DNA from: an uncultured Desulfobacca sp.
Lineage (GTDB): Bacteria; Desulfobacterota; Desulfobaccia; Desulfobaccales; 0-14-0-80-60-11
Assembly (NCBI GenBank): GCA_964578335.1
Contig: CAZOCQ010000001.1
Span: 1-53,112 of the forward strand
Length of the DNA stretch: 53,112 nucleotides
Direction of reading: 5' to 3'
Under the pieces are notes generated by a model that saw nothing but the letters and a program-made list of their open reading frames with translations, was not told the origin of the DNA and did no database searches. Numbering within the stretch: position 1 is the first letter of the stretch; every line of letters begins with the position of its first letter. This document shows, in pieces, positions 18,466-28,051 of the stretch. Position numbers and translations under genes: made by a program.

Positions 18466-18651
18466 CTGAAGATCGAAGACGGCGGGGTGCGGGCCATGAA
18501 CCCCAGCGTGGTGGCCCTGCTGGAGCAGTTGGGGCTGATGACCCCGGAGGCCGGACCGGCCCTGGCCCCCTTCCGGGAGCCGGCCATTCTTAATCACCGG
18601 AAGGAGGAGGTGGGGCGGATAAGGCCGGTGTTTTCACTGAAAAGCCCTTGA
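18466..18651 (+). pseudogene. duplicated 3' fragment of the asparaginase II gene (no own start)
   Basis: A perfect copy of the last 56 codons, followed by a different tail (SLKSP* instead of NIKD*). The upstream reading frame runs into REP sequence. Confidence 0.75.
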
Positions 18652-18724
18652 ATCTTTGGGCGGGCGTGCTATATTCCTAGAATTCGGTTGTCCCGCAGGG
18701 GAGAAAGGGGAATCCGTCAGCAGC

Positions 18725-19240
18725 ATGAAAGTCTTGTGGGCCCCGTGGCGCATGGATTATATCCTGGGCCAGGATAAGCAGCCGGGCTGCATCTTCTGCC
18801 CGGAAGCCGGGGAGGACCTGGCCCAGCGGCTGGTGCTCTTCAGCGGCCGCCTTACCCGGATCATGATGAATAAATACCCGTACATCAACGGGCATCTGCT
18901 CATCTCGCCCCTGCGGCATACCCCCGGTCTGGATGAACTCACCCCGGAGGAGAACCTGGACCTGATGGTCAAGCTGCGGGAAGCGTTGGCCATTTTAAAG
19001 CAGGTGATGCGCCCCGACGGCTTCAACGTCGGGCTCAATCTGGGCATCGTGGCCGGGGCCGGGGTGGAGAGCCACCTCCACTTCCATGTGGTGCCCCGTT
19101 GGAACGGCGACACCAACTTTATTCCGGTTTTTGCCGACGTCCGGGTGATCCCGGAGCACTTTCGCCAGACCTATGAGCGCCTGGCGCCCCAATTTCAGGC
19201 CATCTGCGACGAGGAGCGGACATGCGTTTCCTTAAAGTGA
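18725..19240 (+). CDS. HIT family (histidine triad) nucleotide hydrolase/transferase
   Basis: MKVLWAPWRMDYI start and HLHFHVVPRW histidine triad. Confidence 0.85.
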   Translation: MKVLWAPWRMDYILGQDKQPGCIFCPEAGEDLAQRLVLFSGRLTRIMMNKYPYINGHLLISPLRHTPGLDELTPEENLDLMVKLREALAILKQVMRPDGFNVGLNLGIVAGAGVESHLHFHVVPRWNGDTNFIPVFADVRVIPEHFRQTYERLAPQFQAICDEERTCVSLK

Positions 19241-19563
19241 TAGTCTCCACCATTATCATTCTACTGGCCATCGTCTTTATCGTCGAAAACCTGGAGATGT
19301 TGCGGCACACGGTGACCCTGAAGCTCGATCTCTATCTGGTCAAATTCAAGAGCCCCGACATGCCTCTGTGGGTGATGGTCCTGTTCTGCTTTTTCCTGGG
19401 GGCCTTCACCGCCTCCCTGTACGGCATCTACGAGGTCATCGTGCAGCGCTCGACCATCCGCCAGCTCAAACACAACCTGGAGATTCTGGCCCAGGAACTG
19501 AAGCAGGCAGGCTTGGCGGCCGAGGCCGCGCCGGAGTTCAAAAGCACTTCCCAACCTGAATGA
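19222..19563 (+). CDS. LapA/DUF1049-like inner-membrane protein
   Basis: Two TM helices followed by a coiled tail. Overlaps the end of the HIT gene by 19 nt. Confidence 0.6.
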   Translation: MRFLKVIVSTIIILLAIVFIVENLEMLRHTVTLKLDLYLVKFKSPDMPLWVMVLFCFFLGAFTASLYGIYEVIVQRSTIRQLKHNLEILAQELKQAGLAAEAAPEFKSTSQPE

Positions 19564-19635
19564 TGACCGTCAGGACCCAAGCCCGCCTCCGGATTGGGTC
19601 CTCTGATAAAATCCCGCAAGCCGTTTGTTGCCGTC

Positions 19636-22173
19636 ATGGCCGACTCCCCGCCGGATAAACTCACCCCCATGCTCCGGCAGTACCTGGACCTCAAGGCCCG
19701 GTACGCCGACGCCCTGCTTCTCTTCCAGATGGGGGACTTTTACGAGACCTTTTTCGAGGACGCCGAAAAGACCGCGGCGGCCCTGAACATCGCCCTCACT
19801 TCCCGGAGCCGGGCCGAAGCCGAGCGCATCCCCATGGCCGGCTTTCCCATCCACGCGGCCCAAAGTTATATCGCCAAATTGCTGGACGCGGGCTTCAAGG
19901 TGGTGGTCTGCGACCAGACCGAGGACCCGGCCCAGGCCAAGGGCCTGGTGCGCCGGGAGGTGACCCGGGTTCTCACCCGGGGCACCCTGGTGGACCCCGC
20001 CGCGCTGGACGCCCGGCAGGACAACTACCTGGCCGCGGTGAATTGTAAGGGTCCCCACTGGGGCCTGGCCTATCTGTCCCTGTCCACCGGGGAGTTTCGC
20101 CTTACCCAGGGAGAAGGAGCCGACGGCCTGAGTGATGAGCTCTGGCGCTTGAAGCCGGCGGAGCTCATCGTGCCGGAAGACGACGACCAGACCCTGCTGA
20201 GCGCGGCTCTGGCGCCCTTTGATACTCCGCCCACCCGGCGGCTACTGGGCCGCCACGCCTTCGATCCGGAGGCGGCTCGGCAAGAGTTGGGCCGGACCCT
20301 GGGCACCCTGTTTCTGGACGGCTTCGGGGTGGAGGACCAGGCCCTGGGAGTGGCCGCAGCCGGGGCCATCCTGCGCTATCTGCACGACTCCCAGACCCCG
20401 GAGCTGCCCCACCTGGACCGGCTCCTGCCTTACTCCCGGGATGACTACCTGGGACTGGACGAAGCCACCCTGCGGCACCTGGAGATCTTCGAGACCTGGC
20501 GCAGCCGCTCCCGCCAGGGCTCGCTGCTGGATGTGCTGGACTGCACCATCACCCCCATGGGGGCGAGGGAGCTGGCCCGCTGGCTGCGCTATCCCTTGAA
20601 AGAGCCGGCGCCCATCGAGGCCCGGCTGGACGGGGTGGAATTCTTTAAGGAGCACGGCTTGCTGCGGCCAGGCTTTCGCCAGACCCTGAAGGGCCTGGGG
20701 GATTTGGAGCGCCTCACCGCCCGGCTGGCCCTGGAACAGGCCACCCCCCGGGAGGTGGCCGCCATCCGGCTGGGCCTGGAAAGGGTGCCGCGGCTCAAGG
20801 AATTATTGCCCGAGGAGCTCCCGGCCCTGGTGGCTGAGGCGGCCGGTGACCTGGACCCTTTGCCCCACCTCCAGGACCTGATCGCCCGGGCCCTGGTGGA
20901 CGACCCGCCCCAGGGGCTCAAGGACGGCGGCCTTATTCGGGAGGGGTATGACGCCGAACTGGACGAACTCATCGGTCTCAGCCGGGAGGGCAAGGACTGG
21001 ATCGCCCGCCTGGAGGCCCAGGAGCGCGCCGCCACCGGCATCAACAGCCTCAAGGTGCGCTACAACAAGGTCTTCGGCTATTACCTGGAGATTTCCAAGG
21101 CCAACCTGCACCTGGCCCCGGCCCACTACATCCGCAAACAGACTCTGGTGAACGCCGAGCGCTTCATCACCGCGGACCTCAAGGAGTACGAGTCCCGGGT
21201 CCTGGGGGCGGAAGAGCGGCGCATCAAACGCGAGGCCGAACTCTTCCTGGACCTGCGGAAGCGGCTAGGCGTGGAGGTCCCGCGGCTCAAGGAGGTGGCC
21301 CGAGCCTTGGCCCTCTTGGACGCGCTGGCGGCGCTGGCCGAACTGGCCGCCCTGCACCGTTACTGCCGCCCGCTATTGTCCCCGGAGCCGATGCTGGAGA
21401 TCAGGCAGGGGCGCCACCCGGTAATCGAGCGGCTGCTGCCCGCCGGGGCCTTTGTCCCCAACGACGTCACCCTGGACGCCGGGGCCCAGGTGCTCATCGT
21501 CACCGGCCCCAACATGTCGGGAAAATCCACCATCCTGCGGCAGGTGGCCCTTATTACGCTTATGGCCCACCTGGGGAGCTTCGTGCCGGCCGAGGCGGCC
21601 CATATCGGCCTCACCGACCGCATCTTCACCAGGGTGGGAGCGGTGGACGACATCGGCCGGGGTCAAAGCACTTTCCTGGTGGAAATGCATGAGACGGCCC
21701 GCATCCTGCACCAGGCCAGCCCCCGCAGCCTGGTGATCCTGGACGAGATCGGCCGGGGCACCTCCACCTTTGACGGCCTGGCCCTGGCCTGGGCGGTGGC
21801 CGAGCACCTCCACGACCTGGAGGGCGCCGGGGTCAAGACCCTGTTCGCCACCCATTACCAGGAACTCACCGAACTGACCCGCCTCAAACCCCGGGTGAAG
21901 AATTTTCAGGTCCTCGTGTCCGAAGCCGGGGCCGACATCGTTTTTCTGCACCAACTGGCCCCCGGGGCCGCGCCCCAGAGCTACGGCATCCAGGTGGCCC
22001 GGCTGGCCGGGGTGCCTCAGGAGGTTATCGATCGGGCCCGGGAAGTGCTGGAAAACCTGGAGGCCGGCAGCCTGGACCCCATGGGCCTGCCCCGCCTGGC
22101 CCGCTCCCGGCGGCGGCCGGCCAGCCGGGAGGCGCCGCAGTTAAAATTGTTCGACGCCCAGCAGGATGATTGA
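19636..22173 (+). CDS. mutS: DNA mismatch repair protein MutS
   Basis: TPMLRQYLDLKARYADALLLFQMGDFYETFFEDA at the N-terminus, TGPNMSGKST Walker A, STFLVEM and DEIGRGTSTFDG. Confidence 0.95.
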   Translation: MADSPPDKLTPMLRQYLDLKARYADALLLFQMGDFYETFFEDAEKTAAALNIALTSRSRAEAERIPMAGFPIHAAQSYIAKLLDAGFKVVVCDQTEDPAQAKGLVRREVTRVLTRGTLVDPAALDARQDNYLAAVNCKGPHWGLAYLSLSTGEFRLTQGEGADGLSDELWRLKPAELIVPEDDDQTLLSAALAPFDTPPTRRLLGRHAFDPEAARQELGRTLGTLFLDGFGVEDQALGVAAAGAILRYLHDSQTPELPHLDRLLPYSRDDYLGLDEATLRHLEIFETWRSRSRQGSLLDVLDCTITPMGARELARWLRYPLKEPAPIEARLDGVEFFKEHGLLRPGFRQTLKGLGDLERLTARLALEQATPREVAAIRLGLERVPRLKELLPEELPALVAEAAGDLDPLPHLQDLIARALVDDPPQGLKDGGLIREGYDAELDELIGLSREGKDWIARLEAQERAATGINSLKVRYNKVFGYYLEISKANLHLAPAHYIRKQTLVNAERFITADLKEYESRVLGAEERRIKREAELFLDLRKRLGVEVPRLKEVARALALLDALAALAELAALHRYCRPLLSPEPMLEIRQGRHPVIERLLPAGAFVPNDVTLDAGAQVLIVTGPNMSGKSTILRQVALITLMAHLGSFVPAEAAHIGLTDRIFTRVGAVDDIGRGQSTFLVEMHETARILHQASPRSLVILDEIGRGTSTFDGLALAWAVAEHLHDLEGAGVKTLFATHYQELTELTRLKPRVKNFQVLVSEAGADIVFLHQLAPGAAPQSYGIQVARLAGVPQEVIDRAREVLENLEAGSLDPMGLPRLARSRRRPASREAPQLKLFDAQQDD

Positions 22174-22267
22174 AAAAGCGGTCCGCGGTCAACCATGAGC
22201 CAAAGAAACCCGAATAAATACGGCCACAGGGTTATCATGAGAATCCCTTGATTTTCCGGGGTTTAAG

Positions 22268-22298
22268 CGGAAACCGGAAACCGGAAACTGAAAACCGG
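22268..22298. repeat. heptamer microsatellite (CGGAAAC x3, TGAAAAC, CGG)
   Basis: Read directly. It ends 10 nt before a TTGACA hexamer (22309..22314) upstream of tRNA-Gly. Confidence 0.9.
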
Positions 22299-22351
22299 TT
22301 TTTTCCCCTTGACAAGCCGGGCAATTTTACGAAAATATCTTAATACAGCGA

Positions 22352-22426
<75 letters not shown>

Positions 22427-22438
22427 GTTCTTTTTAGA

Positions 22439-22513
22439 GGCGGCATAGCCAAGAGGTAAGGCAACGGTCTGCAAAACCGTTATTCTCCGGTTCGAATCCG
22501 GATGCCGCCTCCA
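22439..22513 (+). tRNA. tRNA-Cys (GCA)
   Basis: Acceptor GGCGGCA/TGCCGCC, anticodon stem ACGGT/ACCGT with loop CTGCAAA, T-loop TTCGAAT, encoded CCA. Confidence 0.9.
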
Positions 22514-22735
22514 GCTAGGCCAAACCCCATCCCCGGTTTTCCTGTCCGACCTAAACCCGGGCGCCGGTTCCACAGACCTCCTCCCCGGGTTGTCAATTTT
22601 TTCCGGTTAGCCGTTTGGAAATGTTATAACTTTATTATTAACAATTATTTCAATAGGTTATTGATAGAACAGAGACCGCCGCCCGGTTGAGGCCGCTTTT
22701 TTCCGGGGAAGCCTTGATGAGCAGGTCTTGGTCTG

Positions 22736-22906
22736 ATGAATGATTCGCCGGAATGCCCCGATTGCGGGAAGCAGATGGTCCGGGTAAGGAGAAGGTGGTG
22801 GATGCGCCTGATTCCTGGAAGCAGGCATTATTTTTGTCGGGACTGCCTGCGCAGATTCCTGTTGACCTGGCCCGGACTAATACCGGTATCCCGAAAAGCC
22901 CGCTGA
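22736..22906 (+). CDS. small zinc-ribbon protein (56 aa), not in the ORF track
   Basis: MNDSPECPDCGKQMVRVRRRWWMRLIPGSRHYFCRDCLRRFLLTWPGLIPVSRKAR. It has a CxxC-x23-CxxC pattern with an Arg-rich linker, and codon use resembles neighbouring genes. Confidence 0.4.
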   Translation: MNDSPECPDCGKQMVRVRRRWWMRLIPGSRHYFCRDCLRRFLLTWPGLIPVSRKAR

Positions 22907-23062
22907 GATTCTTGCGAGAGGGTCGCCACTCAAAGCTTTGCTCCTCCGGGTTGGGAAAAATCCTTCCCTGGGGTTGCCCCTCTCCATAACAATTGTTACC
23001 TGATATTTACGGCTGATGATGAGTTTCCGGCTTGGTTAAGCCGGCCAGGTCTCCAGACCGGC

Positions 23063-23470
23063 TTAACATTTCGGTCTTAGACGAAAACTTTGCGGCAGCA
23101 ACGCTTCCAGGCCCATTTCCACCGGGCCATCGGGTCCTGGGAAGATGATGACCGCTTCCTCGGCGAACTCGGCGATCACCTGGCGGCAGGCGCCGCAAGG
23201 CGGGCAGGCCCCCGGGGCGTCTGAGAGCACGGCCAGGGCCCGGATCTTCAGGCCCGGGCCTTCGGCGGCCACGGCCGCGGCGATGGCGGCCCGCTCGGCG
23301 CAGAGGCTCAGGCCGTAGGAGGCATTCTCCACGTTGGCCCCGGAGAAGATGTTCCCCCGGGCAGTCAGGAGAGCCGCGCCCACCCGGAAATGGGAGTAAG
23401 GGGCATAGGCCCGCTCTTTAACCTCCCGGGCCGCGTCCAGGAGCCGGGAGCGCTGGGTGGCAGGAATCAT
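23063..23470 (-). CDS. cdd: cytidine deaminase
   Basis: YAPYSHFRVGAALL, CAERAAI and PCGACRQVI zinc-binding motifs. Confidence 0.9.
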   Translation of the reverse strand: MIPATQRSRLLDAAREVKERAYAPYSHFRVGAALLTARGNIFSGANVENASYGLSLCAERAAIAAAVAAEGPGLKIRALAVLSDAPGACPPCGACRQVIAEFAEEAVIIFPGPDGPVEMGLEALLPQSFRLRPKC

Positions 23471-23731
23471 GAGCGCCTCCTAAAAAACAGAAATTTTGCC
23501 GACTGCTTGCCTAAAATTAGGTCCGGTCGGGAGCAAAAGAAAGGGGCCTCAGGAACGCTCCGGCTGAAACCATTCCCGCGGGGAAGATAATTTCCGCTGC
23601 CGAAGCAGTAAAGCCAAAATTTTGCTTTACCTTTGCGTCCGATTTTGTTTATAATTTGGCCAAATTAGCCGATACGCCGAAGTCACCCCCGGTCCGGGAC
23701 TGCGGCGCATCCCACCAAGGAGTAGAGCGGC

Positions 23732-24007
23732 ATGAATAAGTCGCAGCTCATCGAGGCCCTGGCCAAAGCCGAAAACATCACCCTGAAGAAGGCGGAAATG
23801 GTGGTGAACGCCGTTTTTGAAAACATGGCGGAGGCCCTCGTGCAACAGGAGCGCATCGAAATCCGCGGCTTTGGTAGCTTTAAGGTCAAGTTTTACAACG
23901 GCTACAAGGGCCGGAACCCCAAGACTGGCGATCTCATCAAAGTGGAGGGCAAGAAATTGCCCTTCTTTAAGGTTGGCAAAGAGATGCGGGAGCGGGTTGA
24001 TCGTTGA
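23732..24007 (+). CDS. IHF/HU family DNA-binding protein (IHF-beta-like)
   Basis: MNKSQLIEALA...ERIEIRGFGSFKV...GRNPKTGDLIKVEGKKLPFFKVGKEMRERV. Confidence 0.85.
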   Translation: MNKSQLIEALAKAENITLKKAEMVVNAVFENMAEALVQQERIEIRGFGSFKVKFYNGYKGRNPKTGDLIKVEGKKLPFFKVGKEMRERVDR

Positions 24008-24034
24008 GCGCCCGTGATCTCGAGCAGTTATATG

Positions 24035-24307
24035 CCTGGCCGTGCTAGATGGGGAGTTAGCGGTGCCCTGTAACCCGAGAACCGCTTATGCGGGGTTGAA
24101 GTCCCTTCCTGAGGGTCGCAGCGCTGCCGGGGTGGGCTGACCAGGGCGGCGGATTGGACCCTGCGCAACAGACGCTGGTGAACCCCGTCAGGTCCGGAAG
24201 GAAGCAGCGGTAAGCCAGGCGGTCTGTGTCGCGGCGGACGCTAATCCATCAACCCCCTGGCCCGCCGCACCGGTGGTGGCGGATTCGAAGAAGGGTGCAC
24301 GGCCAGG
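24035..24307 (+). ncRNA. ffs: signal recognition particle RNA, large (Alu-domain-containing, Bacillus-type) form
   Basis: GTCAGGTCCGGAAGGAAGCAGC domain IV motif. The 5' GCCGTGCTAGATGGGGAGTTAGCGGTGCCCTGTAACC closely parallels B. subtilis scRNA as I recall it. The termini CCTGGCCGTGC / GCACGGCCAGG pair with each other. Confidence 0.85.
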
Positions 24308-24337
24308 ATTTTTACCACCAAGACACCAAGAATAATT

Positions 24338-24367
24338 AAGGCGCCCGGGACATTCCCTGGCGCCTTA
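24338..24367 (+). terminator. hairpin downstream of SRP RNA
   Basis: AAGGCGCCCGGGA-CAT-TCCCTGGCGCCTT, a 13-bp stem with one mismatch. The T-tract is weak. Confidence 0.4.
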
Positions 24368-24621
24368 ACTTTCTTGATGTCCTTGGAGCTTTGACGGTGG
24401 TTTTTTGGTTACTCCGCTGCTTCCGGGTCACCGTCCATCCTGAGGTACAGGAATCCAGGAAAGCGCTATATTTTCAAAAGAACAACCATACAATCCAAAC
24501 CAATCTTTTTCCACATTTTTCCCTGGCCCCTTGCCACTTGGCCCAAATTTGTGCTAAGATGAACGTGAATTAATCCACAAAGACTATTTTAAATGTAAAC
24601 TTAATAAGTTAGGAGTGCTCC

Positions 24622-26661
24622 ATGGACTTTCGCACCGTTTCCACCACCTGTTCCTATTGCGGCTGCGGCTGCGGCATTTTGCTGGAAGTTTTAAACGAGG
24701 ACGTCATCTCCTCGCTGCCGGTGAAGACCCACCCGGTGAGCGAAGGCAGCCTCTGCATCAAGGGCTGGAATATTCATGAGTTCATCGGCAGCGACCAGCG
24801 CCTGAAGACCCCCATGCTCAGGAAAAACGGCGAGTTGGCGCCGGTGGGCTGGGACGAAGCCATGGACGCCGCGGCCTCGGGGCTGAAAAAAGTCATCGAG
24901 AAATACGGGCCGGACGCGGTGGCGGTGCTGGCCTCGGCCAAGGTGACCAACGAAGAGAATTACCTGATCCAGAAGCTCACCCGGGCCGCCATCGGCACCA
25001 ACAACGTGGACCACTGCGCCAGGCTCTGACACAGCTCCACCGTGGTCGGTCTGGCCGCGGCTTTCGGTTCCGGCGCCATGACGAACTCCATCCCCGAGTT
25101 TGCCGACGCCAAAGCGATTTTTATCATCGGCTCCAACACTACGGAAAACCATCCCATCGCCGCCAAATGGATCATGCGGGGCCGGGCCAACGGCGCCAAG
25201 ATCGTGGTGGCCGACCCCCGCTGGATTCAGATGTCCGACCTGGCGGAGATCGCGGTGCAGCAGCGCCTGGGCTCCGACGTCGCCCTGATTAACGGCCTGA
25301 TGCACATCATCCTCAAGGAAGGCTGGCAGGACCAGGCCTACATCGATGAACGCTGTGAAAATTTTGAGGCCCTGAAGGCCAAGCTGGAAGAGTATCCGCC
25401 GGACAAGGTGGCCCAGATCACCGGCGTCCCGGCGGAGACCCTGCGTCAGATGGCGGAGATCTACGCCACCAACAAGCCGGCCGCCATTGTTTACTGCATG
25501 GGCATCACCCAGCACACCACCGGGGTGGACAATGTCAAGGATCTGGCCAACCTGGCCATGATCACCGGCAACGTCGGGGTGGCCTCCGGCGGGGTTAATC
25601 CCCTGCGGGGCCAGAACAACGTCCAGGGGGCCTGCGACATGGGCGGCCTGCCCAACGTCTTCACCGGCTACCAGCCGGTAGCCGACGAGACCGCCAACAA
25701 GAAATTCTCCGAGGCTTACGGCAAACCCCTGCCCAACAAACCCGGCCTCACCATCCTGGAGATGTTCAACGGCATTGACGAAGGCAAGATCAAGGCCCTC
25801 TACGTGGTGGGCGAAAACCCCATGGTCACCGACCCGGACCTGCACCACGTGGAAGCGGCCCTGAAGAAGCTGGAATGCTTCATCGTCCAGGACGTTTTCC
25901 TGACCCAGACGGCCAAGCTGGCCCAGGTGGTGCTGCCCGGCACCTCCTTCGCCGAAAAGGACGGCACCTTCTCCAACACCGAGCGCCGGGTCCTCTTGGT
26001 GCGCCAGGCCGTCAAGCCCATCGGCGACTCCCGCCCCGACTGGCAGATCATCTGCGACCTCTCCACCCGCTTGGGTTACCCCATGAGCTACGCCTCGCCG
26101 GAAGAGATCTTCAACGAGATGCGCAAGCTCACCCCCAGCTACGCCGGCATGACCTATGCGCGCCTGGAGAAAGCCGGCCTGCAGTGGCCCTGTCCCACCG
26201 AGGACCACCCCGGCACCGTGTTTCTCCACAAGGACCGCTTCAGCCGGGGCAAGGGTATGCTCCACGCCATCGACTATAAGCCGCCGGCGGAGGAGCCGGA
26301 CGCCGACTATCCCATGTTCCTCACCACCGGCCGGGCCTTCGTGCATTACCACTCCGGCACCATGACCCGGGTCTCCCCCACCCTGCACCGGGAGATGGGC
26401 ACCGGCTACGTGGAGATCAGCCCCACCGACGCCAAAAACCTGGGCATCAAGAACGGCGAGCGCATCAAGGTGAGCTCCCGCCGGGGCGAAATCCAGATCA
26501 AGGCCAAGATCAGCCGCAAAGTGAACCGGGGCGTGGTCTTCATTCCCTTCCACTTCGCCGAGGCCGCGGCCAACATGCTCACCAACCCGGCCTACGATCC
26601 CACCGCCAAGATCCCGGAATATAAGGCCTGCGCCGTCAAGGTGGAGAAACTGGCGGCGTAG
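24622..26661 (+). CDS. fdhA: selenocysteine-containing formate dehydrogenase catalytic subunit (molybdopterin oxidoreductase), cytoplasmic type
   Basis: The two track ORFs (24622..25029 and 25042..26661) are in the same frame and are separated only by TGA 25027..25029 in the context HCARL-U-HSSTV. N-terminal Fe-S motif CSYCGCGCG. No Tat signal. Confidence 0.9.
25040..25060 (+). promoter_or_regulatory. bacterial SECIS hairpin candidate
   Basis: An 8-bp stem (two G-U pairs) with apical loop GGUCU starts 11 nt after the UGA. The GGUCUG matches the E. coli fdhF SECIS loop as I recall it. Confidence 0.6.
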
Positions 26662-26759
26662 TGTAATGAAAAGATGGTGATTTTGGGGAGGGGGCTAAGG
26701 GCTGACGACCTTACCCCCAAACCCCTCCCCCAATCCCGTATAATTTAAATAAAGATGCA

Positions 26760-26790
26760 GGGCGACCCGCTGGGTCGCCCCTCCTTTTTT
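26760..26790 (+). terminator. rho-independent terminator of fdhA
   Basis: GGGCGACCC-GCT-GGGTCGCCC followed by CTCCTTTTTT. Confidence 0.8.
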
Positions 26791-26830
26791 CTTAGTGCCC
26801 TTGCTGCCTTGGTGGTGATAAAATCGCCCC

Positions 26831-28045
26831 ATGAATAATGACTTGCTGTCCACCATCAAGACCCAGGCCCAGGAAATGACGGGGGAACTCGTCGCCTTGC
26901 GCCGGGATTTTCATCAGCACCCGGAACTCTCCCATGAAGAGGAGCGCACCGCCCGGGTGGTGGCCGCATACCTGCGGGATTTGGGGTTGGCGGTGCAGAC
27001 CGGCGTCGCCGGCCACGGGGTGGTGGCTGACCTTAAAGGCGCCCGGCCCGGCCGCACCGTGGCCTGGCGGGCCGACATGGACGCCCTGCCCATCGTCGAG
27101 AAGGTCCAGGTCCCCTGGTGTTCCAGGGTTGATGGGGTGATGCACGCCTGCGGCCACGATTTTCACGTCAGCATCGCCCTGGCCGCGGCCAAATTGCTGG
27201 CCGAACTTAAGGACCATCTGGCCGGACAGGTCCGCTTCATCTTCCAGCCCGCCGAAGAACGGCCGGCCCCCGAAGGGGTGAGCGGCGCCCAGGCCATGGT
27301 GGCGGCCGGGGTCTTGGACCTGCGGCCGCGGCCGGCGGCCATCCTGGCCCTGCACGTGGCCCCCAACCTGGAGGCCGGCTGCCTCCGCCACGGCTCCGGG
27401 GTGATTATGGCCGGGGCCGACCGGGTCACCCTGACCATCACCGGCAAATCGGCCCACGGCGCCACCCCGCACCGGGGGGTGGACCCCATTCTCATCAGCG
27501 CCCTGGTGCTGAACCACATCCAGGCCTTCCTGGCCCAGCAGATCGACAGCCGGGCCGCGAAAATCCTGACCTTCGGGCGCATCGCCGGCGGCAATCGCTT
27601 CAACATCCTGGCCGACGAAGTGACCCTGGTGGGCAGCCTCCGCTATTTGCAGGACAACACCCGCACCGAACTGCTCAACGGCCTGCGGCGGCTGCTGGCG
27701 GGGCTGTCCCAGACCACCGGGGCTAAAATCAGCCTGGAGCCCAACCGCACTTACCCCATCCTGCAGAACGACCCCGAACTGAGCGGGCGGGCTGTGCCGG
27801 TGCTGGAAACCCTGTTGGGCCCCCAGCGTTTGAAGCCGCTCCGTCCCGCCATGGGCAGCGAAGATTTCTCTTATTTCGCGGCAAAGGTTCCGGGCTTTTA
27901 CTTTTTCCTGGGGGTGCGGCCCCCCGGCGGCCGGGGCCAGGCCCTGCACTCCCCGGAGTTCAACCCCAGCGAGGAGGCCCTGCCCTGGGGCCTCACCGCC
28001 GCCGCCGGGTTGCTGGCCGCCCTGAGCGAGCCCCAGGAGGCGTAG
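26831..28045 (+). CDS. M20D-family amidohydrolase (N-acyl-amino acid amidohydrolase / hippurate hydrolase-like)
   Basis: LRRDFHQHPELSHEEERTA, MHACGHDFH and FQPAEE motifs. Confidence 0.85.
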   Translation: MNNDLLSTIKTQAQEMTGELVALRRDFHQHPELSHEEERTARVVAAYLRDLGLAVQTGVAGHGVVADLKGARPGRTVAWRADMDALPIVEKVQVPWCSRVDGVMHACGHDFHVSIALAAAKLLAELKDHLAGQVRFIFQPAEERPAPEGVSGAQAMVAAGVLDLRPRPAAILALHVAPNLEAGCLRHGSGVIMAGADRVTLTITGKSAHGATPHRGVDPILISALVLNHIQAFLAQQIDSRAAKILTFGRIAGGNRFNILADEVTLVGSLRYLQDNTRTELLNGLRRLLAGLSQTTGAKISLEPNRTYPILQNDPELSGRAVPVLETLLGPQRLKPLRPAMGSEDFSYFAAKVPGFYFFLGVRPPGGRGQALHSPEFNPSEEALPWGLTAAAGLLAALSEPQEA

Positions 28046-28051
28046 GCCAAT

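Noticed and set aside
22514-23062. Integrated element at the tRNA-Cys 3' end
   Set aside because: No integrase and no direct repeat of the tRNA 3' end were seen. Only an AT-rich stretch and one small ORF are present.
24622-25029. Treating 24622..25029 and 25042..26661 as two separate genes
   Set aside because: They share one frame, and the only interruption is a single TGA in the canonical Sec context with a downstream SECIS-like hairpin. One selenoprotein gene is the better model.
24691-26553. 620-aa minus-strand ORF opposite fdhA
   Set aside because: Antisense shadow of a clearly recognisable molybdopterin oxidoreductase.
26792-27949. 385-aa minus-strand ORF opposite the M20 amidohydrolase
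   Set aside because: Antisense shadow.
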